Assembly: GCF_001194135.2 (NCBI RefSeq)
Contig: NC_068984.1
Span: 62,367,485 to 62,402,038 of the forward strand
From: Octopus bimaculoides
Taxonomy: Eukaryota
Direction of reading: 5' to 3'
Length of the DNA: 34,554 bases
The notes under the pieces are model-generated. The model ran no database searches. It was not told the DNA's origin and saw only the letters and a list, made by a program, of their open reading frames with translations. Shown here piece after piece: positions 1 to 10,150 of this stretch; within the stretch, counting starts at the first letter, position 1; every line of letters starts with the position of its first letter. The translations under genes and the position numbers were made by a program.

Positions 1-639
1 TATATATATATATATATATATAAATGTATTATAAGAATATGACACAATATCACATTGAAATAACTTTACTGTTGGTGATTCATGCTGTTTTGAAGATTTA
101 CACATAGAAATAAAAATGTTTAATCATTTTCAACTATTTCACCTCATCTCTCTTTCCTATTCTGTGCTAAAATATAATGTTTGAAACAATTTATTGTGAA
201 TTGTGAGTGCATTCGTTATTACTAGTTGCCATATATAGTTATATGTGCACTTGTGAACCAATGAATATGTCTTTACATGGTGATCTGACAGCCAAAAATA
301 CTTTAAAAAATATCATTTAGATTAGACACCAGTGTCGTGTAAAGAGAAGCAGCATTGTATAATGCAATGCATGCAATGATTGTGAAAAGGATAGAATGGC
401 TGGAAGACATTTGATAATGTCTCTCCTCAGTTAGAATTGGTCAGTTGTAATATAAATATATAATCATTTTTTTCTTACTTCTGATGAAACTGTTTCTTAA
501 CATTTCACAATCTAAATGTCATATTCTTCATAAATATCATTATCAATAATTCTAAAAGTGTATTTCTTCATTCAACTTATCACATTAAAAATATGCAGGT
601 AAGCTGCAACAAAATCATAATCATTATAGTTAGTTACTG

Positions 640-830
640 GAATACTTAGGAGCAAATATGGTGAGGGTTTCTGGTTAAGAAGTTCCTATTCCAATAGCTT
701 GGTATCTAGTTCAGTTTCATTGCATGGTGCTTAATGTAAGTTTCTTCCACTACAGCTCCAGGCCAATCAAAATCCTTATGCATAGATTTGATAGACAGAA
801 ATTGAAAGACCCATTCTTATATGTGTGTGT
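640..830 (+). mobile_element. Degenerate tRNA-derived SINE, same family as 16626-17050
   Basis: Colinear decayed similarity to the 16.6-kb copy: GGTTAAGAAG..., CTTCCACTACAGCTCCAGGCCAATCAAAATCCTT...GATTTGATAGACAGAAATTGAAAGA, followed by (TG)/(TA) repeats. Confidence 0.65.
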
Positions 831-849
831 TTTTTGTGCATATATGTAT

Positions 850-1330
850 ATATATATAAGATAAACAAGAGTGAAAAAAACTACAGAAGGCTTGTGTTAC
901 ATGGTTAAAGTATATATTTAAATCATTGTTAAAAAAATGTTATAAAATTTTGAGTATAGAAACATTGTATTTGTTGAAATAACCGGTTTCGTATTTTCTT
1001 TTCAAATTTCTCTACCTGTATCTTAGCATGTCTTCGCTCCGGTGTATAAAATGGAGTTCTAGATAGCGGAAGTTAATCAGGGATTTTTTCCGGTATAAGG
1101 GAGATAATCAAAAATGTTGGAGATGATAGATTTTGATTAATTTAACATGATTTGATTTAGAAGGAATAGAATGTTAGGTTTTGTTCTATATTTTTTTCTC
1201 AGTGAGGTGAGTTTCCTTATTTAAAAGTGTTAGCAATGGTTAAGTTTTGGTTTATATTTTTCAATGAAGAAGGTTACCTTATTTAACCTAATTTTAGGGT
1301 GCAATTGGTAAATTATCGTAATTCTATATT
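850..1330 (-). mobile_element. Probable Penelope-like element (PLE) 3'/pLTR remnant ending next to a (TA)n tract
   Basis: Contains a minimal PLE-type hammerhead (976-1010) and ends in (TA)n near 840-857. No protein motif was recognised with certainty, and the boundaries are approximate. Confidence 0.45.
976..1010 (-). ncRNA. Minimal type-I hammerhead ribozyme motif, U3-A8 core variant
   Basis: Minus strand reads GAAAU-UUGAAAA-GAAAAUAC-GAAAC-CG-GUU-AUUUC. Stem I is GAAAU/AUUUC, stem II is a single G-C pair, loop III is the palindrome AACCGGUU, and the cleavage triplet is GUU. Confidence 0.65.
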
Positions 1331-1544
1331 TTTAATTTTACACATGCACATTGTTTGCTTTTGATTTCGTTGACTACAGAGCATAGTAGGGTTATCTGGG
1401 TACCGTTTGTGAGAAAGATACCATCATGATGCAATTCATTCTGCCAGACATTTGGAAATGACATGCCGTACTGCTTGGTATTCGCACTAGAAGCTCTAGT
1501 ACAAATATTTCAGAGTGTTTGAGTGTCTATCTGAGCATAGTGCA

Positions 1545-1875
1545 ATCTGAAGACATGTACTGAGAGTGATGAAAATCAGACATTCACTCAACATCATGGT
1601 GTTTGGAGTGATCTTTAGTGATGGTGACGTTATGCCTCCATTCATCTTCCCACACGGCCTCAGACTCAACACGGAGGCCTACATCAAGTGCCAGGAGGAA
1701 GTAGTGCTGCCCTGGGTCAAGAAGGTGACTGCTGGAAAACACTCTCTGGCAATGGGACTCTGCACCATGCCACACAAGCAGGAGAAACCAGTCATGGCTG
1801 TGAGACTATTTCTGCAACCGCATCATCCTAACATCTGGCCACCTAACTTCCCAGACTGGCCACCTAACTTCCCAT
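1545..1875 (+). mobile_element. Tc1/mariner DD37D (maT-type) transposase fragment, frameshifted
   Basis: Translation IMVFGVIFSDGDVMPPFIFPHGLRLNTEAYIKC..EVVLPWVK, then after a frameshift WQWDSAPCHTSRRNQSWL*D...NIWPPNFPD. These are the catalytic-domain motifs of Tc1/mariner transposases. Confidence 0.9.
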
Positions 1876-3019
1876 TGATGGCTGACAGGACCAGCTTAAA
1901 CCGACAAACTCAGTTATAAGTTGAACATTTGAAATGATTATTCATATCTGAGGAGCGTCTTTGCCTTGCACTTCATTTGTTTTTTTTTTTTAATATCTTT
2001 AGTATCTTTAGCGCAATCCTCTTGGACACATTGTTTGTATTTTGTTCTTCCTGATGCCCTGTGATTTGCATTTTCCTGAACATTGAGCTTGTCTATTATG
2101 TTTCATTTGAAGCAAATTTACAGCAGTCATTATTACTTTCATTTTGGTTTCTAAAAGCATTTCTTTCCCAGAACATACTTTGCCATGATATAGTCATTCT
2201 GAAATTAATGCATTTTCCATATGAACTCTATGCTCTGTCCACCTCCACCTATTACATAAAAAAGTATTTATTCATAAATGTTCAACTCCAAAATCTCTAC
2301 AAAACTCACATAGTCACCCCAAGATAAATATAGAATTTGTCGAAGAAACCTATGCTGAATATGCAGTAACAGTTTAGCATATTTTGAATATAATATCCAT
2401 GTTTCACATGGTATGAAAATCGATTTTTTTTTATATCACTGTAAACATAATGAAGATTCTTCAAAATAGTATCCATTCTGAATTTTCTTTGCTACACTGT
2501 CTATGTTTATCATACTGCTAAGTTATTTGAATTAGAAAACATTTTATTTTGAAGTTTTACAACACAGCAATATTTTAGGAAACAGGTTTTTTCAAGTAAG
2601 GCTGATCCAGTTTTTTCAAGATTTATTGTGAGAGCTACATGCTAATGTTACATGTTATATTGCCAATGAAATTTTATCTGTTTGAAGATCATTTTCATTA
2701 TATACCACATTATGCCAGTCATCACTGTACAAAGTCTCTTATCAGTGATAGAAATGATTGTGATTTATAAATCATCGCAGAACAATCATTTCATGCAATA
2801 AATAAATATTCTGAAGTATGTGATAAATAGACTAAAAGGAGTTATATAAATCTGGTTAAATTGCACTGAGTGAGGGGCATATAGTATGGCGCTTGTGTAA
2901 AAAGTACAATTTTACATGGTTGCAAGATGTAGCCTTTTATTGCAGATAATTTAAGATAAATAGAATGGAATGGAAGAAATGTTTCTACAGAATGTGTGAT
3001 ATTATAGTTCATGTTTAAG

Positions 3020-3230
3020 AGAGTACATATAAATTGAGGTGTGCAGGAGAGAAGACTCCAATACTACAGGTGTGTGATGTTCAGCACCCAAACTGTATGG
3101 AACCTCTTGGAAAAGAAAAACCTAATAAGATATGGAGAAATAGTAAAGCCTGATTTCAAGATGCTGTGCCTAATGACGTGAATAACATAGGAAAGCTATG
3201 GTTTATGACATGTAGTGCTGTATAAGATCC
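3020..3230 (+). mobile_element. Highly decayed RTE-like LINE 3' end
   Basis: Remnant resembling the G.R.RGRP.K.W...VK.D C-terminus (GGAAAAGAAAAACCTAATAAGATATGGAGAAATAGTAAAGCCTGAT). Confidence 0.35.
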
Positions 3231-3309
3231 ACAAACCCATTCAGGTAATATGAAATGATGGCAGTGTTGGATGCTCAAATGTGCAGTGTGTCTACATTAT
3301 TGTCTATTG

Positions 3310-3640
3310 ACCATTATATTCGTGTTCATTCTCTATCAGATGTTCCTAACTCCTTGATATCTTGTCATCTCACTCTGAATCCAGCTCTCTATACTAACTC
3401 TCTCTTCTATTCCTCTTTCAAACCACTAATGTAACAAGTGATGGCATTGGACTTCTTCATATTCACTCCCCCAATCAGTATCATTATTGTTATACTGCTC
3501 TTTTTCCCATCACTATACTTGTATGAGAATGGATTGCATTGGTTTATAGTCCATACATAATACAGCCTGCCACCACTCTTCTTTACTTCTAATGATCAGT
3601 CCATTTCTACTAGCTCATTCGTCAACTGATTCCTAACAGA
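3310..3640 (-). mobile_element. Highly decayed RTE-like LINE fragment, post-RT region
   Basis: Minus translation WIQSEMTRYQGVRNI**RMN resembles the RTE motif RIQSGW.NW..VSGVLCDRRM. Many stops. Confidence 0.4.
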
Positions 3641-5689
3641 ACAAAATTATATTATATTAGCATAAATACATAGTTGATTATTTCATAGGTTGTCCATTAC
3701 ATGAGGTCTTAAAAAAACAAAAAGAAAAGGGGCAAAATGGGACTGTTTCAGGTTACAGAGATTTTAACTAAACTTATTGATACTTGGATTTACAAACATT
3801 ATTGGTACTGCAGACCTTCACTGGATTTCTCTATAATAAATTCATAAAACATTTGCTATCAGAAATTTAACAATCAGTTCAATTACTAAAGTAGTAGAAT
3901 GCTAACAATTATGTTTAAATTCCACCTAGCTCTCTCCCTCAGTTTTCCTTCTTTATCAATCTTAATGTTGTGTATGCATCTTAAAAAGAATATTTATATC
4001 ATTGCATAGAAATAATTTTTTATATATCTGTCTTCCCAACTCTGTGTTTCTATCTGTCTGGCATGATTTTGGTTTGTTTGCACCCCTCTAACTTAGCTCT
4101 TTGGCTACAAGAGAGCCAATAAAATAAGTATGAGACTTAAAATAAGTAACTAGGGATGATTTGATTAATTTAATCCTTCAACATACATTGTGTATTGTCC
4201 CAGTCTAATTAAGAGAACAACTGAAAAAATATAAGAATACTAGTGGTATATAATATAATGTAATATAATATAATATATATAATATATAAATTCAAAATGG
4301 GTAATATTTGCTGGAATACATATCTTTCTGGAAACTAGATGTATAAATACTGGTGTGTATAAACTAATCAAGAACTTCATCACTCCGCTATCAAATGAAA
4401 ACAAATTCAAGGACAGCGAAATATATATATACACCTATGCGATAAAAGCCATAGAACACAAAATGCCACAACAGAGACAATGCATTTTCTACACAGGTTA
4501 CTTCATAAACAGGTCACTATGTAGATAGACCATTCTGAGGCAACTATAGACAAGTGGCTCCATAGACAACAACTACATAGAGAACAACTACATAGACAAG
4601 CCACTAAACAGAAAGATCATTTTGTACACAAGCCATTGCATAAACAAGTCACAAAATAGATACACTACCACTATAACATTTGAATTCATTCTTTCTCTAC
4701 ACAGATATAATACAATTAAGTATATCAGCAAATTCAGATAAAATCCAAACTTGAAATACATATTACTATTTCTCAAAAATACATCATGAATACATTTTTC
4801 AAAGTAGAATCTAGAGAAGGATCTAATAAATTTGATGGTAAGAATGATATTTAAATCAATATTTGAAAAATATTTTAAAATTAATATTTCTCAGACTAAA
4901 TGAATTGAAAAGATCTCTAAGCATATATCTTAAAATATAAATAATTTATATTATAAATATTATATTATATTTGTCTTAAAATGTATGCCTCAAAGTAGTT
5001 TTAATTCATTTACTGTGCATAATTTTATATCAGTTTATTAGGTTACTGAGATACATGCTCATGCACCAGAGGATTTGCAAACCTAGTTACCAGAAACACA
5101 TAAGTGTCCTCGTACATACATATTTTTAAAGTGATAAGTCTCAAGCTGTATTTAATTCAGTTAGTCTACATAATTTTATTTTAATTTGTATATTACTCTA
5201 AGCTTCAAGCTCATTGAGTTCTTTGATAAGTACTGCTTATGGCATATGGGGGGGTAGATGAAATTAGGAAATGAGATTTTATTTAATAAATTTTCATACA
5301 TTTTTTAACTAATATAGTTTATTTTTTAAACAATTTGAAGTGAGAAGGTTTCTGTTAATGTTTCACTAGGTCATCCCACAGTATTTTGAAAAAGTAGAGA
5401 AAATGATAAGAATATAAAATATAAATCTTTGGATTTATGCAAGATTATTCATTTAAGCCAGTCTAGTAGACCTTGCATTAAGAATACATATACAACCTGA
5501 ATATTATTTGCAGGTGGTGAAAGAGATTCTTAGTCAGACAAAAGCTAATTATTTTCTAATTAGGTGAGACAGTTACATTTATTAGTTAAACTAATGAACA
5601 GACACTGAATTGTTTCACATCCTAATTAAGTTTTTGTTCTTCTCTTCCATTTATTTTACGTCTTTGAATTTCTTTTAAAATGGATGTCA

Positions 5690-6010
5690 GTTGTTACTTT
5701 GAGGAAGAAACATGGAATATGACAAAAGAACTAAGAAGCAAGCTAATAACAGCTCTATATATACACAAATGCATTATGCATGGAATTACATAGAAAGACC
5801 TTAAGACGACGTAATGGATCTGAAAACAAATAAAATTATATACCATTGTTAGGTTCATGAAATCATTGAAATCTTGGTTGGGTTGGACATGTGGAAAGCA
5901 TGAGTGACAACTGATTGACGTAAAAGTTGACAGACTGGAATTTGATAGACTGGAAAAGAAACAGAGTATGACACCGAAGGAGAAGGAAATTGAATTTTGG
6001 TAGAATTGCT
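5690..6010 (+). mobile_element. Decayed RTE-like LINE 3' region
   Basis: Remnant motifs ETWNMTKELRSKL and WVGHVE(S)MSDN...LTDW, typical of the RTE C-terminal region. Confidence 0.55.
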
Positions 6011-6384
6011 AAATTGAAGTTTGAGCACCCAAAGATGAATGATAAGAAGCAAAGGGAATAATATTCATCCAGTTGCTGGAGAGAAATAATTGATTTCAAT
6101 GATCAATACCATTACAAAATCAAACATTAAGAAGAGAAATCTCATTCTGGCTTGAATTTGGTGATTATAACTTTTCGTTGGTATTGATGACAATATCTGC
6201 AGTTATGTAATGGCTATAATGATGATATATATTTCAAAATCTCAAAGTATACTGCAAACTCAACTTAGCTCATGATAATATCCTGTTCACATTTTCATTG
6301 GTAAATTATCTCACAAACAGAAACATTGCTGCATTACATACCATATTTATTTGGCCTTAAATGCTAAAGTATTTTACATTAACA

Positions 6385-6643
6385 TTATTTACATTTGACG
6401 AATATTTGTCCACATCTTGTTTGTTGTTAACACAATTTTTCAGCTGATGTACCCTCCAGCCTTCATCAGGTGTATTGGGAAATTTTCGAACCCTGGGTTC
6501 TCATTCCTAAAGTATTTTTCGATGTTACTATTATTATTATTATTATCATTACCGTTATTATTATCATTCAGGTCACTGCTTGGAATCGAACTCGGAATAT
6601 TGGTGTTAGTAGCCCGTGCTCTAAACCACTATGCCATATGCCC
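6385..6643 (-). mobile_element. tRNA-headed SINE-like element with a (TAA)n linker and a hammerhead-bearing tail
   Basis: Minus strand: A box TGGCATAGTGG and B box GAGTTCGATTCC (head 6643-6571), then TAA-rich repeats, then the hammerhead at 6476-6429. Confidence 0.75.
6429..6476 (-). ncRNA. Minimal type-I hammerhead motif (canonical CUGAUGA core), loop III mutated
   Basis: Minus strand AAUACAC-CUGAUGA-A-GGCUG-gaggguacau-CAGCU-GAAA-AA-UU-GUGUU. Stem I is ACAC/GUGU and stem II is GGCUG/CAGCU. Confidence 0.65.
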
Positions 6644-6944
6644 GAGTATTTTCCATTAAATTGTTATTACACTTGTTTCACCTCTAGGTTGGTTCTTATC
6701 AAGAAAAAATATGATGCAAGACATTCTAGACATGGCCATCCCAGTTTTTTTTAAACATTGTTACCATAACTACATTATCCAGTGTGCTTTTCTTTGTCAT
6801 AGAGTCAATAGGCCCTATTTTTATGCTGTTTCTGAAAAGTTACATGACTCGTTAGAAAAATCTCTTTTAGTAGTTTGTTCATGTTTGACTTTTTCCATGC
6901 TATAATAACTGAAATGCTTTCATATAGGAAAAAGCATACCTGCA

Positions 6945-7270
6945 GGTTAAGAAGTTTGCTTCTCCACTGCATGATTCCATGTTCAGTTCCACTGTGAGGT
7001 ACTCTGGGCAAGTGTTCTTTACTCTAGCACCAGTTGACCAAAGCCTTGTGAGTGGATTTGCTAGACGGAAACCTATCACATTTATATGCGAGTGTGTGTG
7101 TGTGTGTGTGTGTTTGTGCATGTGTTTGTGAATATGTTTATACATGTGTGTGACTTTGTTCTTATGTTTATCCCATACCACCTTTTGACAACCAGTGTTG
7201 GTTTGACTATGTCCCCATAAATTAGTAGTTTGGCTACTAAAAGCCTTCGAGACAGTGCCCCAGCATTGAA
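6945..7270 (+). mobile_element. Decayed tRNA-derived SINE (family of 16626-17050) with internal (TG)n
   Basis: GGGCAAGTGTTCTTTACTCTAGC...GACCAAAGCCTTGTGAGTGGATTTGCTAGACGGAAAC, (TG)n, then TTGACAACCAGTGTTGG, colinear with the 16.6-kb copy. Confidence 0.8.
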
Positions 7271-7804
7271 ACAAGTTAAAGATAAATCTGGACAGTTGCA
7301 AAAATACTTGAAACAGTTCTTTGTCACTTGTTTGTGTTCTAATTGATAGTAACACTATGCAAAATGAGTCTGGAATTATTTAGACTATAAGTAGATTTTA
7401 ATGATTGACTGATATAAATTATTCAAGAATTCATTACAGGATAATTGGTATTAACAATTATTAAGAGCTTGCTGCTAATTGAGTGTGAATGAAACAAGGA
7501 TATCTTATCAACATAAAACTTCAACTGTTAAGATAATAAAATTAATTAATAATACAAATACATGAAAACTTATTGTAGCATTAACATGGTTCGGTGTAAC
7601 AATAGTCAATTCACTAATTAATGAAATAGAAAATAATGAGGTTATTCTTATGATTAGCAACAATGCCATTACCTGTTGCAATGAAAGGGAATGGGGTCCA
7701 CTAAAGAGGAAAACTAGGTGGAAGAATAGTGTAAATTAATTGAGTATTGAAGGCTCAGAAAAACTAGTGTATAATTTATTTGAATCTGTTGATATTGATT
7801 TCAA

Positions 7805-8000
7805 TTTTTAGTACAAGGCCAGCAAATTTGGTGGAGGAGATAAGCTGATTGCTGATTACATTGGCCCTAATACTCAACTGGTACTTATTTTATCAACCCT
7901 GAAAGGATGAAAGTCAAAGCTGATGTTGGAGGAATTTTAAATCAGAACATGAAGATGGACAAAATACCACTAAGCATTTCATCCAACTTGCCACCTTTTG
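7805..8000 (-). mobile_element. SINE-like repeat, same family as 25345-25560
   Basis: ACTGGTACTTATTTTATCAACCCTGAAAGGATGAAAGTCAAAG is the reverse complement of the core of the 25.4-kb copy. Confidence 0.75.
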
Positions 8001-8169
8001 GTTACGTTAATATTGGTTGAATAAACATTATGTTTGTAGTTGAACCAAAACAGTAGTGTTGTCATTTCTAATGAAACAATGGCAATGAATGCCCTTGCTA
8101 ATGACTAAGTAAGGAAGGAATTTCAACCATGTTTCTTGGTCTGCTACCACAACAGCTCTTTTATAGGAT

Positions 8170-10150
8170 CCAGTTACTCAAGACATCATCAGGAGGAACC
8201 ATGTCTGGTTTCAGCCCCTACTCCTCTACCGTTTTGACGTGGCACAGACCCCACCCCACCCCTTTGGGAGATGTCTTCAGCTCTGGTGTTGAATGCATGT
8301 CTTCTTTCTCCTTCTTTCTTCTGTTCTCTGGCCTCTTCAAAGTAGCCTCAATGAGTGTCAGCAAGCGACTGATTGTCTTGTCAAATTTCCTTTAAATACC
8401 CACTGCTAGACTCCAGTAGGCAGCCCCAGCAAGTTGTCACATGACACTATCTAAACTTTAACTGACCAATGGAGGGTGCGTAGACTTAGCCCACCCATTC
8501 TCTAACCGAGACCGTCACCTGTCAATCAGCAAAGCTACTTCAGTGTCAGCCTGTCTCACCTAGTGATGTTATTTTCCTGCCGGCATGCTATGACTTTCAA
8601 GCCATATTTGGTCTTCCTGCTTCAGCCATATACAGAAGCTAGCTTTTTCGACTGCCTCCTGTATTCTTATTAGTTTTCTCAGTTCCGAGCTAGAAAATGC
8701 AAATCTTCTTTTGAATAATGTTGTCATTTTTCTTTCAATGAAGCCCCTAGTTCCCACTGCCAGATGGTAGTACTCGACAGTCCATCCCTGTTCTCTGCAC
8801 TCTTCGATTAGTTTCTCGTATCTCTTCTCCTTTCGTTTCTCTACATTGTTGATGTTCTCTTCCCATGGCACTGTCAGTTCTAGCAAAATTCCTATTCTCC
8901 ATTCTCTGTCCCATAAGACCAAGTCTGGTCTTTTTGACCTTTTTATGAGTGGAATTATTACCAGCCTTTCCAAATCTATGGCCAGATCCCAGTATCCCTT
9001 CCATCTTTCGTCTATCTCATATATTTTATTTGTATGCCTGCTTTTATGTCCTTTTCCCTCCTTCTGGAAGTATATTTTCCTGTGCTTTTCCACTTTTGGG
9101 TACTCTCCCCTATTGTATCCCTCGATCTTCTCTTTGACAGAACATGTCTCACTGTCACTTTCTCTCTACATCTACATTCATCGGTTGTTTTTATGTTCCA
9201 CCGGACTAAATTCGCGGGTGAGGGTAGAACATCGAAGGTAGACTTGATCAGGAAGGATGTTCTTGCTTGTTCCCAAGCCAAAAGTTCCTTCCATGAGATT
9301 CTGTGACTGACTACATATTCCTCCCATCTCAGGCACTGTCCCTGTTGACTACATTGCACCAAATGTACATTTTGCCTTTCGTCTTCCTCCTTTCTCACTT
9401 TGTGTACCACTGCCTCTTTCATCTCTTTTATACTGCTCTTGCAAAATGGCCTGAAATTGTGCAAATCTAGACCAGTTCTTGCTTCTTGTGTCACTCTAAC
9501 TATATTGGCGTGCCTTACTTTTCCGATTGCCCTCTTTACTGCTTCTTCTGCCTTCTATTTCCTCCCTGTTCATACCTTTGGAGGGTTTTTCTGGATGCTC
9601 TGATCTTTTGAATACCTTAGCATCATTACTATCCTTGCCTTTCCTGCCTTATATTCTTCAGCGATTGATGTTATTGGTAGTTGCAGCATGGGTTTTCCAT
9701 ATAGTGCAGTTGTATTCAGTGGTTTTGGAAGACCAAGCCATTTTCTGATAAACACACTGCATCTTTGTTCCATCCTTTCTACTCTACTCAAGGCTGTTTC
9801 ATACATTTGTAATGGCCACATTATCTTTGGGTACAGCCCTATTTGCAACACTGCCGGGAAAATTCAAATCCAACATTTGAATTTTCCCGGCAGTGTTGTT
9901 CTTTCAATTTCCTTTAATCCTTGTTCTACTAACTCGTGTGTTTCTTTCCCTTGCTTCTTATCATTTAATAAATCTCTATACCATCTGCCAAGACTCTTTA
10001 CTGGTTGTTCTTTCACCGTTGGTATGTCTTCACCTCCTATCCTGAATTTCACTTCTTCTTGCACTCCTTTCACAAAAGCCACACTTCGAGATTTTTTGGC
10101 TTTGAATTTCATTCTTGCCCAAACACATCAAAGAACCTCAGGATAACTGA
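8170..10150 (-). mobile_element. 5'-truncated non-LTR retrotransposon with restriction-like endonuclease (RLE), HERO/R2-superfamily type
   Basis: RT C-terminus WARMKFKAKKSRS..VKSLGRWY..LPGKFKCWI..GLYPKIMWPL..IRKWLGLP; FLIKSTFDVLPSPANL.RW; zinc knuckle CRC...HVLS; RLE motif RPDLVLWD..ELTVPWEE..KEKRY. A 3' UTR of about 400 nt follows. Confidence 0.92.
8569..10130 (-). pseudogene. Disrupted RT-ZnK-RLE ORF of the element above
   Basis: ORF pieces 9864-10112, 9570-9851 and 9012-9494 are in one frame, separated by three stops (TGA in an 18-nt insertion, CGA>TGA, TGG>TAG). A deletion and frameshift after HVLS lead into 8569-9093. Confidence 0.9.

Noticed and set aside
559-604. Strong donor CAG|GTAAGC at 598/599 with an open frame VFLHSTYHIKNMQ
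   Set aside because: Only a weak AAG acceptor is available and there is no homology.
8120-8240. GAAAC...GGTT...CTGATGA motifs at the 3' end of the RLE element
   Set aside because: The core elements are in an order and spacing that give no type I, II or III hammerhead with complete stems. Treated as a structured 3' UTR end only.
8129-10146. Plus-strand ORFs over the RLE element (8129-8395, 8846-9241, 9688-10146 and others)
   Set aside because: They are antisense shadows of the minus-strand retrotransposon frame and carry no recognisable motifs.
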